A DNA stretch of 42,936 nucleotides, from contig WAPT01000022.1 in NCBI GenBank assembly GCA_015520605.1, positions 1-42,936 of the forward strand. The letters run 5' to 3'. The translations under genes were made by a program, and so were the position numbers. The first letter of the stretch is position 1. Each line of letters begins with the position of its first letter. Shown here piece after piece: positions 28,161 to 37,935 of the stretch. The DNA is from Nanobdellati archaeon. GTDB lineage: Archaea; EX4484-52; WAPT01. Below the pieces are notes generated by a model. The model ran no database searches and was not told the origin of the DNA. It saw only the letters and a program-made list of their open reading frames with translations.

Positions 28161-28293
28161 GGGGCCGTGGTGTAGCTTGGTTATCATTCCGGCTTTGGGA
28201 GCCGGTGACCCCGGTTCAAATACCGCCAGAGTGAAAGATGTGGTGTGCTGCTTGGCTTCCAACTGCTGGCGGTTGTGATTCCGGGCGGCCCCA
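28161..28293 (+). tRNA. tRNA-Pro(UGG) with 59-nt intron in the T-loop (59/60; intron 28221-28279), CCA not encoded
   Basis: Spliced form GGGGCCGTGGTGTAGCTTGGTTATCATTCCGGCTTTGGGAGCCGGTGACCCCGGTTCAAA|TCCGGGCGGCCCCA; intron stem ACCGCCAG/CTGGCGGT; relaxed BHB (bulges AAU and AUU, central helix with one mismatch). Confidence 0.92.
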
Positions 28294-28295
28294 TT

Positions 28296-30629
28296 TCATT
28301 TTCTGAAGAGTCTGTGCCTGTGTTTTAGGAGTTCAAGAAACGCCATTCTTTCATACCTTGCGACCAGATATTTTGTGTGTGCAAGCCTGTCTTTTTCCAC
28401 GAAAATACAGTCAACACCGTGTTCCACGAGAAGTTTCAGCACGTCCACGCCTGTGCTAAGCTTACCCTTTACCATGACTTTGAGATTGTGCTCGTTCAGA
28501 TGCTCCATGCCAGCAGAGATCAGGTTGAGAAATCCCTTATGTGTTGACAGACCCGTATTCGGCTCAGCGGTATTGAAAGCATGCATCGCCACCCTGTCCA
28601 CATCAAGCAAAATTGTTTTGATTCCCGCCCTGGATATGATTTCTCCCATGAACAGTCCGCCCGGTCTGTCTATGAGCACGCTTATCCTCGCACATCCCTT
28701 GTTCAGATGGGAGTGCTTGAGAATGGATGATACATTCTCGAACTCATGCGGCAGAACGAAAGAAGGTAAAACGATGCCCACATTTCTGTACCCTTTCATG
28801 AGGAGTTGCGATACTGCTCCCAGCTGCGCAAATACGTCAGCTCCCGTATCCGGATTGAGGCACTCCACCCAAAATGGCGTTCTGAAGTTATCCCTTAAAA
28901 TCCTCGTGAACGCACCGCTCAACCTGAGGATCTTGTTATCTCCAATCTTCACACTTTCTTCGTGAGTGTAAGGTGTTGAAAAAATGACCCCATTACTCCC
29001 GAGCACATTCTCGAAAGCTTCTCGAGCTATAAGCACACTTTCAAAGAAGGCCGGTAGATCCTCGCTCTCTATATTTTTGAGGAGCACACCGACCTTAACC
29101 GCGGTTATCAGATCAGCAAGACGTTCCGCCACATCATCAACTCTCAAACTGGAAACAGCCTCCACCTCCGGAATTGTTCTGCTCATCTCCACATTCTTAT
29201 AAACCGCAGCTGAATCAAAACCAGAAAGAAGATCCTGCTGCTGGAACACTGTAACCTGATTGTTCTTTGGATCAAACTTCACCCCATCACCGTCCCCGAT
29301 CAAGGATGTATCGTTAACAAGACAGACAGCCCTTCCCCTATAAGCCAGCCACAGGGAAAGCCTCGATGTCAGACCCCCTACAGCTGAAATCACTCCCTTT
29401 ACGCAATCGGATATGATGACATAATCAGGAGATAGTGCCGGAATGATCACCACCACACCCTTAGGGTGTTGAGCGCATCTGCCCTTAAATGACGTTATTT
29501 CTCCAGAAGATTTCAGAGACAGGGCAGTAGCCACCTCCTCTTTAGGCATCAGGAATCTTGCATCGCTTATGACCTTCCCTCCTGAAGAAGCTGCTGCAGG
29601 AGTTTGTGTGGTTGCATTTTCCGTTTCTCTCTCCGCTGAACAGTTCAAAAAATCAATGGGAGTTATTGAAACCACATGAGGTCTGCCTCTCTGAAAGGCA
29701 ATATCGACCAGACAGTTCCAGCCAAGTTTAGTATCTATCTCTTTCAGAATTTCTCCTACTGAGCGCAGCTCCTCCTGACTGAGGGATGGAGATCTCTCCA
29801 AAGAACCGTTCAGAGCTTCCCGCCTCAGCTCTGTCTTTATGGGATCTGCAGCATATAGATATCGCTTTTCAGCCACACCCTTTTCAAGAACGGAAAACTC
29901 CTCCTTTGAGATAACGAAGTAATCCGGTTTGAACTCGCCGTACGTCAATGGCAACCCGAAACCGTAACAAGATTCAATGTAGTAACTGTCCCTGTCGCGG
30001 TTAAGCGGGTTGAAGGTGAAAGCTCTGCAGGTCTTTTCAGCGTTAACCATCTCCTGAACCACCACGCTGACCTTGAATGAACTGGCCCCAACCTTCTTAA
30101 GCATGTATACGTTCTCAGCCTGAAAAGCATCCATCCAAGCGCGAAGCACCGCATTCTTCAGCGTGTTTATTCCCCTGACGTTATAGATCGCCTTGGAGAA
30201 GACAAAAGGTGCATCCCCAAACACGGTTTTGACAACGACCTTCGAGTCACCACGGGCAGCAGAAACGAGACTCTTTATCTTCTCGCTCAGCTCATAAACA
30301 TCCTCGTGCATGCTCATTCTCTGATAAGCCTCCCTGAGTTCATTCAAGAAATTATCAGGAAACCTTCCGGAAAAAATAGTCTTCTGCATCCTCTTCGACA
30401 TATTGTCAAGCTCAAGGACATCTTCTTCATTAAGCGTGCGGTAATCTCTATGCAGCGCTTCTCCAATGCCGTTGTAGCGCACGAACTCGTAGAAAACGGA
30501 AGGAGTTATTATAAAACATTTTGGCACGGGAAGCTCGGCTTTACTACACATGGCAAGTGCAACTATCTTCTCCCCCAAAAACTGCTCGTGCTCCTTATCA
30601 ACATCCTTAAGCCATATTATTCCCGGCAT
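28296..30629 (-). CDS. PEP synthase (PpsA)-like protein, catalytically degenerate
   Basis: PPDK_N-like features (VVVQEMV, IESCYGFG, PDYF), swivel domain GGLTSRLS lacking His, degenerate barrel. Confidence 0.8.
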   Translation of the reverse strand: MPGIIWLKDVDKEHEQFLGEKIVALAMCSKAELPVPKCFIITPSVFYEFVRYNGIGEALHRDYRTLNEEDVLELDNMSKRMQKTIFSGRFPDNFLNELREAYQRMSMHEDVYELSEKIKSLVSAARGDSKVVVKTVFGDAPFVFSKAIYNVRGINTLKNAVLRAWMDAFQAENVYMLKKVGASSFKVSVVVQEMVNAEKTCRAFTFNPLNRDRDSYYIESCYGFGLPLTYGEFKPDYFVISKEEFSVLEKGVAEKRYLYAADPIKTELRREALNGSLERSPSLSQEELRSVGEILKEIDTKLGWNCLVDIAFQRGRPHVVSITPIDFLNCSAERETENATTQTPAAASSGGKVISDARFLMPKEEVATALSLKSSGEITSFKGRCAQHPKGVVVIIPALSPDYVIISDCVKGVISAVGGLTSRLSLWLAYRGRAVCLVNDTSLIGDGDGVKFDPKNNQVTVFQQQDLLSGFDSAAVYKNVEMSRTIPEVEAVSSLRVDDVAERLADLITAVKVGVLLKNIESEDLPAFFESVLIAREAFENVLGSNGVIFSTPYTHEESVKIGDNKILRLSGAFTRILRDNFRTPFWVECLNPDTGADVFAQLGAVSQLLMKGYRNVGIVLPSFVLPHEFENVSSILKHSHLNKGCARISVLIDRPGGLFMGEIISRAGIKTILLDVDRVAMHAFNTAEPNTGLSTHKGFLNLISAGMEHLNEHNLKVMVKGKLSTGVDVLKLLVEHGVDCIFVEKDRLAHTKYLVARYERMAFLELLKHRHRLFRK

Positions 30630-30811
30630 ATTATCGCCTTAGGATTCGATTAGCAACAAGGACATGCCTGCCATTAACAAACTTTAACGATACTCCCTAA
30701 CATTCTGTCACTTCTTCTATGGTAAGAATTCTATTAAAATGTATTGCACGGCACAAAATTACTACCTACTGAACCGCGGGTGTTTTACATATATGGGGTG
30801 TTTATAAGTTC

Positions 30812-31780
30812 TCACTCCAGGAAAATGTGTCCAAACATCTTTGTCCATACCCATGGGTCTTCCGTATCGGCTTCCTCTCTGTACCTTATCATCAGGCTTA
30901 GCTTTGCGTCCATCTCGTCGGCAAGGTGTACCGCCATAGCTTCGGGAAGCTGTGGGGTTTTGGGCGAGCCGTATGTATTTTTACCGTGGTGGCTTAGGAT
31001 TATATGAGCTACCTTTAAAGCCAGAAGGTCTGGAAAGCCATTAAGGCTCTTGATTTTTTCCATGACCATTTCCTTGCCGAGCACTATGTGACCTATCAGC
31101 ATACCCTCTCTGGAAACGTCTATGCTCGTGGTAACCTCGAACTCCTTAACCTTGCCTATGTCGTGCAGCAAAGCACCGGTAATCAGAAGATCCCTCTCCA
31201 TCTTGGGATGAATAGAATGTATTACATCGCATATTTTTGCCACGTTGACGGTGTGCTCCAGCAGTCCGCCTATATAGTTCTGGTGGTAATGCATGGCGGC
31301 TGGAGCTCTTTCGAACTCCCTCATGAAAGTTTCATCCCTAAAAAAGGAGTCCAGCAACGCTTTGAGATGTGGGTTTGTGACGGAATCAATAAAACCTATC
31401 AGCTCATCTTTCACCTTTTCCACATCTTTCGGGCAGCGAGCCACGAAGTCCTCGATGTTGTATTCATCTCTACTCACTCTCCTCAGCAAGTCTTGTGTGT
31501 GCATGCTTATTTCCATTCTGTCCCTGTATTGCACAACAACTCCGGTAATGTGAATCACATCTCCATTTGAGAACGAGTTGTAAATATCAAGAACTTCCTT
31601 TCTGTCAGCACTCCCCCAGTACTTGGCCGTTATCTCTCCTGTCATGTCACTCAGCCTTATCTCAAAGTAGTACCCACCCTCATACGGACGTGGTGGCTTT
31701 TTGAACTTGACGGCAAAGAAGTCGTTTACAACCTCACCATCCTTAAGCTGATTGATGAACTGATGCTTCTTCCTTACCAT
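30812..31780 (-). CDS. YhaM/Cbf1-like OB-fold + HD 3'-5' exonuclease
   Basis: LSDMTGEI OB fold; PAAMHYHQNYIGGLLEHT, LLHDIGK, HIILSHHG..YGSP, ADEMDA. Confidence 0.92.
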   Translation of the reverse strand: MVRKKHQFINQLKDGEVVNDFFAVKFKKPPRPYEGGYYFEIRLSDMTGEITAKYWGSADRKEVLDIYNSFSNGDVIHITGVVVQYRDRMEISMHTQDLLRRVSRDEYNIEDFVARCPKDVEKVKDELIGFIDSVTNPHLKALLDSFFRDETFMREFERAPAAMHYHQNYIGGLLEHTVNVAKICDVIHSIHPKMERDLLITGALLHDIGKVKEFEVTTSIDVSREGMLIGHIVLGKEMVMEKIKSLNGFPDLLALKVAHIILSHHGKNTYGSPKTPQLPEAMAVHLADEMDAKLSLMIRYREEADTEDPWVWTKMFGHIFLE

Positions 31781-31922
31781 AAAGGAAAGTGTGATGATGA
31801 AAAAATTTTAAAACACATTCACATAGCTATGCCGATAAAAAGGATATAAAAAACCAAAAGCAAAAATCGAAAAATCCGAGAGGGAAAAAGTTTTATTTGG
31901 AAAGGTAAGTAAGAATTTTATC

Positions 31923-32381
31923 ATGATATTTTTAGATGTTTTTACGTCCTTGCATGCAGGATTTCAGAAAGCTCTTATGACTTTGACCGGAGCATACGTT
32001 CTTTCTCATGGCTTAAACTTCCAAACCCGGACCCCATTTGTAGTTGATTTCGGACTTCTGCTCAGCCTCGCAGCTACCTTCATAGCTCTTTGTGTTGTAA
32101 CATACATTGCCTGCAGACTCCTTGATATTGATGCCGGCCTTCTGTCGGTTATGGGTTATGTTTTCCTGTCCATATCCATCGTCTATCTTTCAACGATGGT
32201 GTTCGGACAAAGTTTTGATTTTCTTGCCAGCGTTTTCCTCAGGCTGTTTCTGGCAAAGTATTACTTCGATGTTGGATGGGGAAAAGCCATACTGCTCTTT
32301 CTGATCTCGCTGATCGTCAGCATGATTATCGGGATGTTCTTGGGTGCCATTCTCGTATTTACCGGATTTGTGAGGTTCTGA
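31923..32381 (+). CDS. Hypothetical integral membrane protein
   Basis: About 4-5 hydrophobic segments. Confidence 0.75.
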   Translation: MIFLDVFTSLHAGFQKALMTLTGAYVLSHGLNFQTRTPFVVDFGLLLSLAATFIALCVVTYIACRLLDIDAGLLSVMGYVFLSISIVYLSTMVFGQSFDFLASVFLRLFLAKYYFDVGWGKAILLFLISLIVSMIIGMFLGAILVFTGFVRF

Positions 32382-32465
32382 GCTGAGTGAATGCGCGATA
32401 CGTAAGTGGCTCTCTCAAAATTTATAATTTTTGAAAGTGGTGTTTAGTGAGAAGAGGGGTGAAAT

Positions 32466-33191
32466 ATGGAAAGTTCAAAGGAAGATGGTGTGGTGTGGCA
32501 CAGGAATGAAGAAGGCAAAATGCTTAATCCAGAGGAATTCGTTCTGGGGATTGATGAAGCAGGAAGGGGACCTGTACTTGGGCCGATGATAATTGCGGGT
32601 GTGGAGGTGAGAAAGAAGGATGAAACAAAACTTGTCGAAGCTGGGGTCAGGGACTCAAAGGAGCTCAGTCACAGCTCGAGACTTAAGTGCCTTGAGGAGA
32701 TAAAGAAAATAGCAAAAGTAATATATGTGATAAAAATTTACCCAAAGGAGCTGGACGAGAAAATGGAATTCATGACGATAAACAAGGTGGAGATGCAAGC
32801 CATGGCAAAGATAATTAATTCCTCAGATGCTGGTAGGGTGATCATAGACCTCCCTTCTAACGGCAAAAAATTTGTAGAAGCGTTAAAGGCACGAATAAGG
32901 AAAGGTGTTGAGCTTATTGCCGAGCACAAGGCAGATGCGAAATACCCTGTTGTAAGTGCCGCATCCATAGTTGCGAAGTGCATAAGGGAGGAAGAGATGG
33001 ATAAAATAAGGGAGAAGTATGCTAATTATGGAGACATAGGCTCAGGCTATCCTGCTGATGAAAAAACAATGCGATTTCTTGAATATTACTACAAAAAAAA
33101 CGGTAAATTTCCAGAAGAAACAAGGATGAGTTGGTCAACCGTCAAGGATGTCAGAGCAAAGCACAGTCAAAAGACGCTTTTTGATGTTTAG
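32466..33191 (+). CDS. rnhB: Ribonuclease HII
   Basis: GIDEAGRGPVLGPM, DSK, SAASIVAK, GSGYP; C-terminal PIP box QKTLFD. Confidence 0.97.
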   Translation: MESSKEDGVVWHRNEEGKMLNPEEFVLGIDEAGRGPVLGPMIIAGVEVRKKDETKLVEAGVRDSKELSHSSRLKCLEEIKKIAKVIYVIKIYPKELDEKMEFMTINKVEMQAMAKIINSSDAGRVIIDLPSNGKKFVEALKARIRKGVELIAEHKADAKYPVVSAASIVAKCIREEEMDKIREKYANYGDIGSGYPADEKTMRFLEYYYKKNGKFPEETRMSWSTVKDVRAKHSQKTLFDV

Positions 33192-33352
33192 ATACCGCAC
33201 AGGTGGGACGGTGCACCACAGCGATTTGCGTTCGGGCCAGTTTTGCCATGAGTCTGCAATTCCGGTATTCGGTGTCATTTCCCGTTATGACAAATGATAA
33301 TCCGGTGTCCGGAGAAGAGATAGAAGAGATAGATCTATAAAGTCCTGATTAT

Positions 33353-35038
33353 TCAGAACAACCTCATCCCGGCCGAAGCCTTGACAAAACCAAAGAAGAG
33401 CGGATGCGGTCTGAGCGGACGGCTCTTGAACTCCGGATGGGCCTGAGTTGCCACAAAGAACTTATGGTTTGGCAGCTCGAGGAACTCCATAAGAACACCA
33501 TCAGGACTTGTGCCTGAGAACACCAGCCCGTGCTTCTCCAGCAGATTCACATACTTTGGATTTACTTCATACCTGTGACGGTGTCTCTCTGACACTTCTT
33601 TTCTACCGTAAAGTTTGTGGACGAGCGTGCCCTCCTTAAGCACAGCTGGCCAAGCCCCGAGCCTCATCGTTGCACCATACATTCTCTTTGCTATTAACTC
33701 CTTCTGCTCCGGTATTATATCCACAATGGGGTGTGGTGTGTTCGGATCCACTTCCGTGGTATGCGCGCCCTCAAGTCCGCATACATTTCTGGCAAACTCC
33801 ACCACGGCAAGCTGCATTCCGAAACACAGACCAAGGAAAGGAGTAGCATTTTCCCTGCAGTATCTTATAGCATTTATCTTCCCTTCCACCCCGCTCTCGC
33901 CAAAACCTCCAGGAACTATAACTCCATCAAAGTCTTTGAGAAGGGGCTCCGCTCCTCCCTTTTCGATATCCAATGAGGATATCTGTTTTATCTCCGGTTT
34001 GAGCTCAAGGTTGTAGGCAGCATGCCTTACAGCTTCAATAACGGAGATGTACACATCCTTATGCTCAGCATTACCGTATGCAACGTATTTACCAACGATG
34101 GCAATCCTTACGGGCTTCTTTGCTCTATCTATTTTCTCAACGAAGTTTCTCCAAGGTTCCATACCATCCTTTTTCTTTTTCAGTCCTAGCTTCTGAAGTA
34201 TCTTGCTCACAAAGTTCTGCCTCTCGAAAAGCAACGGCAACCTGTAAATACTATCGAGATCGGGATCATCTATTATGTTCTCTCGGGGTATGAAGCAACT
34301 TCTCGCTATCTTCTCTATTCTTGGCTCATCCAAACCAAGCTCGGAACGCACCACGACGAAATCAGGGAAAATGCCGGTCTCCCTTAACTTTGCTACCGCG
34401 TGCTGAGTTGGTTTGGTTTTCAGCTCTCCAACATTCTTAAGGAAAGGTGCATATGTCACCATAACTGTGACTGAAGAATACTCCAGCGAGAGGCTTCTGA
34501 TAGCATGCAGGAACACAAGATTCTCTATGTCTCCTGTGGTACCTCCAACCTCCACAACAGCAACATCATAGCCTTGAGATGCCTCAAGTATCCTTCTCTT
34601 TACCTCATTCATAACATCGGGAATGATCTGCACATCCTTACCGCCGTATTCAAGTGTGCGCTCCCTCTGAATAACTGCAAGGTAAACCTGCCCTGTAGTT
34701 ATGTTGTTCTTTTTGGGCAGGTTAACATCTAAAAACCTCTCATACGTGCCAAGATCCTGATCTATCTCTCCCCCATCCTCCGTCACGAAAACCTCTCCAT
34801 GCTCTGTTGGGCGCATTGTGCCAGCATCTATGTTCACATAGGGGTCTATCTTTATTGCGGTGACTTTATACCCATAAGCCCGTATGAGCTTGGCTATGGA
34901 CGCGGTAACAACACCTTTACCCAATCCAGAAAGCACACCTCCAACAACAAAAACAAACCGCAATCCGTTGTTGCTTCCTATCTCTCCCGACTGAGAAGTA
35001 GAGTTCATTACTGTCTGCTGGAGATTGAGTGTGCTCAT
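33353..35038 (-). CDS. pyrG: CTP synthase
   Basis: GGVLSGLGKG, KIDPYVN, KTKPTQH, GLCFGMQ, ERHRHRYE, HPEF. Confidence 0.98.
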   Translation of the reverse strand: MSTLNLQQTVMNSTSQSGEIGSNNGLRFVFVVGGVLSGLGKGVVTASIAKLIRAYGYKVTAIKIDPYVNIDAGTMRPTEHGEVFVTEDGGEIDQDLGTYERFLDVNLPKKNNITTGQVYLAVIQRERTLEYGGKDVQIIPDVMNEVKRRILEASQGYDVAVVEVGGTTGDIENLVFLHAIRSLSLEYSSVTVMVTYAPFLKNVGELKTKPTQHAVAKLRETGIFPDFVVVRSELGLDEPRIEKIARSCFIPRENIIDDPDLDSIYRLPLLFERQNFVSKILQKLGLKKKKDGMEPWRNFVEKIDRAKKPVRIAIVGKYVAYGNAEHKDVYISVIEAVRHAAYNLELKPEIKQISSLDIEKGGAEPLLKDFDGVIVPGGFGESGVEGKINAIRYCRENATPFLGLCFGMQLAVVEFARNVCGLEGAHTTEVDPNTPHPIVDIIPEQKELIAKRMYGATMRLGAWPAVLKEGTLVHKLYGRKEVSERHRHRYEVNPKYVNLLEKHGLVFSGTSPDGVLMEFLELPNHKFFVATQAHPEFKSRPLRPHPLFFGFVKASAGMRLF

Positions 35039-35164
35039 AAGGTTAGTAAGTTCGGGATAATTTTTTAATATTTTTCAGAAATGCGGAAGAAACAGACCAA
35101 CCATCAGAAACAGAATTTTATGGATTGTTCTAAATTTAAATATTGAGGCGCAAGTACAGAGTGT

Positions 35165-35518
35165 ATGGTGTTTGGTGGAGAGGCTGCTAAGGAAAAATTC
35201 ATCAGGGAGCTGAGCGAAGAAGATTTTGTGGTGTGGATTGAAGGATTTGTAATCTCAAAAGGAGAGGGAAAACTTCTGGTGGATGACGGCACAGCGTCAG
35301 TAGAGGTGTACTCCAACCCTCCCCAGCTGGAAGGGGTTGAAGAAGGAAACTATGTGAGGATCATAGGCAGAGTTTTCCCCACGCCCTCCGGCATAGAGGT
35401 GCATGCAGACATAATAAAGAGGATGGAGCTCAAAAACCCTAAGGAGTACACGAAGGCGAGGGAGCTCTGGCTTAAATTCAATGAAATGCTTGATAGAATG
35501 TTGGAAAAAGAAAAATAA
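35165..35518 (+). CDS. Small OB-fold protein, RPA small-subunit-like
   Basis: VDDGTASVEV..YVRIIGRV OB motif with C-terminal helix; upstream of PCNA. Confidence 0.7.
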   Translation: MVFGGEAAKEKFIRELSEEDFVVWIEGFVISKGEGKLLVDDGTASVEVYSNPPQLEGVEEGNYVRIIGRVFPTPSGIEVHADIIKRMELKNPKEYTKARELWLKFNEMLDRMLEKEK

Positions 35519-35656
35519 ACCTCTTCAAGGCAATGGTTCTCCAGCCTGTGCGAAGTTATAAAAATTTTAAAATTGATAAGGTGTGATATTGTAACGTGTG
35601 GATTACGAACTTATCCATATTTATAACGGACAAACAAAAAGTAACACGACTTTGAG

Positions 35657-36418
35657 GTGATGGGTGTGACGTTCAGGGTGGTTTTTCTGGATGCTACATT
35701 GTTTAGAGACGCAGTTAGGGCTATCAGCGACCTCATAGCCGAGGGTACCTTCCGTTTCACCAAGGATGGTCTCAAATTCACAGCCACGGATCCCACGATG
35801 GTGACCCTTGTGAATTTCATGATGAATAACTACGCATTTGAGGAAATAAACCTCGAGAACGAGGAGGAGCAGATTCCGATAAACCTTGATAATTTTCTAA
35901 CGGTGCTCAAAAGGGTGAAAAAAACCGACAGACTTGTACTGGAAAAGGAGCAGGAAAACAGACTCACCGTCCTTCTCGAGGGCACTGTCAAAAGAAAATT
36001 CACCCTGCCGCTGATCGAGCTTGAGGAGCAAAAGGTTCCCGAACTCAACCTTGAATTCCTGGGCACAGCTGAAGTACTGAGGCAGGTGGTGGAAGAGGGT
36101 ATAACCAATGCTGCTGCCGTCAGCGATACCATAACATTTGCGGTGGATGAGGAGAAATTCATGATAATCGGTGAGGGAGATCTATCAAAAGCTGAGATTA
36201 TAGCGGAGAAAGGCACGGAAGCTCTCGTCTCGCTTGAGGTTAAGGAGCCCGCAAGGTCCAAATTCTCAGTGGATTATCTCAAGAAGATGGTAAGAGGGAT
36301 GAAACTCGGAGATCTCGTGAGGGTGAGCCTCGGAAACGACTATCCGATGGAACTTGTCGTTAAGTCGGGGGAGCTTGCATCCCTTAAGTACGTGCTTGCG
36401 CCAAGAGTCGAGAGCTGA
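35657..36418 (+). CDS. pcn: DNA sliding clamp PCNA
   Basis: ATDPTMVTLV, SKFSVDYL, GNDYPM, YVLAPRVE. Confidence 0.96.
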   Translation: MMGVTFRVVFLDATLFRDAVRAISDLIAEGTFRFTKDGLKFTATDPTMVTLVNFMMNNYAFEEINLENEEEQIPINLDNFLTVLKRVKKTDRLVLEKEQENRLTVLLEGTVKRKFTLPLIELEEQKVPELNLEFLGTAEVLRQVVEEGITNAAAVSDTITFAVDEEKFMIIGEGDLSKAEIIAEKGTEALVSLEVKEPARSKFSVDYLKKMVRGMKLGDLVRVSLGNDYPMELVVKSGELASLKYVLAPRVES

Positions 36419-36520
36419 ATGATTCTCCACATACTCCCGTAGCATTTTCTTTAATTTTGGGAGCACCCCTCCACCTCACAGGCATGAGTTAAGTTAGCAG
36501 GGATGTTTTTTCCCACACTC

Positions 36521-37894
36521 TCAGATAATATGGCTGGCGCTCAGATATTTGAGGATTAGCGGTAGAATTATGTTGAGAATAAGTAAGATAAGTGCAAATT
36601 TCTCAATCAAGTAGAAAGTTTTCTCCCTTCTGGCTTTCTTCATCACCTCCTCCAGCATCAGCCCGCCGTCAAGCGGTCTTATCGGGAGCAGGTTCGCAAT
36701 ACCTATACCCAAATTGAGAAATACAAGCCACTGAAGGAGCTTCATCAGGTAGATCAGCACCCACGGCACCTTCTCTCCAACAAGGTTCTTCACGTTATTT
36801 TTAACCACCATCCTGTTTTTCAGGCCACCCAAGCCTATGAAAGGCAGGCTCGAATTCTGCGGGTTTTGGCTGAGTTTGACCGTGTAGTTCTGTCCGTTTA
36901 TTGTTAACACAACTGTCTGGTTCGGTTTCAGCTTCTCAAGGATGTTAATAAGGTCGTCTATGCTCATTACCGGAGTGCCGTTGATCGCTGTTAAGACACC
37001 GCTTTCCGGGATTATGCTGTAAGCGTAGGTGTTGTTTACCTTGAACGAGTATTCCACACCGGATGGCTGAAAAACCATCCCCACCACATGGCCAAGGAGG
37101 ATAAAAAGCAGGAAAAATATAAAAGCGAAAAAGAGGTTGCTCATCGACCCGGCAGCGTACACGGACAGCTTTTTGGCAATGCCGCTTCTCTTTAACTGCC
37201 CCTCATCCGGCTCGGCAAATCCCAGGGGAATCACCGCAAAGAATCCGTAACCCATGGACTTTACCTTTATGTTGTGTGCCCTCGCAACAAGTGCGTGTGC
37301 AAACTCATGGACAACCACTATGGTCAATATCGCCACCACCCAGTACGGTAAAGGGACGTAAAACACCGGCAGCTTCTGTGTTTTCAGAGGCAGAACGAGC
37401 TGTACCGAGGGCTGAACCGTTGCTGGATGGAACAGCGCCGTCACGACCTTCCAAAAAAGGAAAATAAGAGCCGCACTAGTTATCCCTCCGAGCCAGAAGG
37501 TCACAAATATTACATAATGGTAGAAAGTGGGCGCTTGCGTGAAGTAAGCTGTGATGATCAGCAATACAGCAACAAATGCACTGCCCAAGACTGTGGCCCT
37601 TAACCGATCTTTTTTATTGTTTCTGAATAAGAATCGGATCCCCACCAACCCGAGGGAAAAGAAAACTCCGAGATATCCGAAAAAAATGTAGAAGTTCCTG
37701 TACTTTTCCGCGTTTCTATTGATGAAATCAAGCCCTTTCTTCGTCCTTCTGAGGAGCAGTACCCCCTCCTTCTGGAAGTTCTTTCTGTCAAGAAAATAGA
37801 TGACAGCCATAATCAGGGAAAGAACAACAAGCGAAGTCAGGTTTTCTTTACCCACCTTCTCGATAACCACACTCAGAAAGCCCGCAGGTTCCAT
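36521..37894 (-). CDS. Site-2 protease (M50) with PDZ domain
   Basis: HEFAH, GFAEP, NLLPIRPLDGG; multiple TM segments. Confidence 0.93.
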   Translation of the reverse strand: MEPAGFLSVVIEKVGKENLTSLVVLSLIMAVIYFLDRKNFQKEGVLLLRRTKKGLDFINRNAEKYRNFYIFFGYLGVFFSLGLVGIRFLFRNNKKDRLRATVLGSAFVAVLLIITAYFTQAPTFYHYVIFVTFWLGGITSAALIFLFWKVVTALFHPATVQPSVQLVLPLKTQKLPVFYVPLPYWVVAILTIVVVHEFAHALVARAHNIKVKSMGYGFFAVIPLGFAEPDEGQLKRSGIAKKLSVYAAGSMSNLFFAFIFFLLFILLGHVVGMVFQPSGVEYSFKVNNTYAYSIIPESGVLTAINGTPVMSIDDLINILEKLKPNQTVVLTINGQNYTVKLSQNPQNSSLPFIGLGGLKNRMVVKNNVKNLVGEKVPWVLIYLMKLLQWLVFLNLGIGIANLLPIRPLDGGLMLEEVMKKARREKTFYLIEKFALILLILNIILPLILKYLSASHII

Positions 37895-37935
37895 TCTGGA
37901 AAATTCCCCCGTAGCGCTTTATATTTGTTTCGGTA

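Noticed and set aside
33192-33352. Possible C/D-box sRNA between rnhB and pyrG (ATGATAA..CTGA)
   Set aside because: Box C is imperfect, no convincing C'/D' boxes, and the would-be guide is low-complexity
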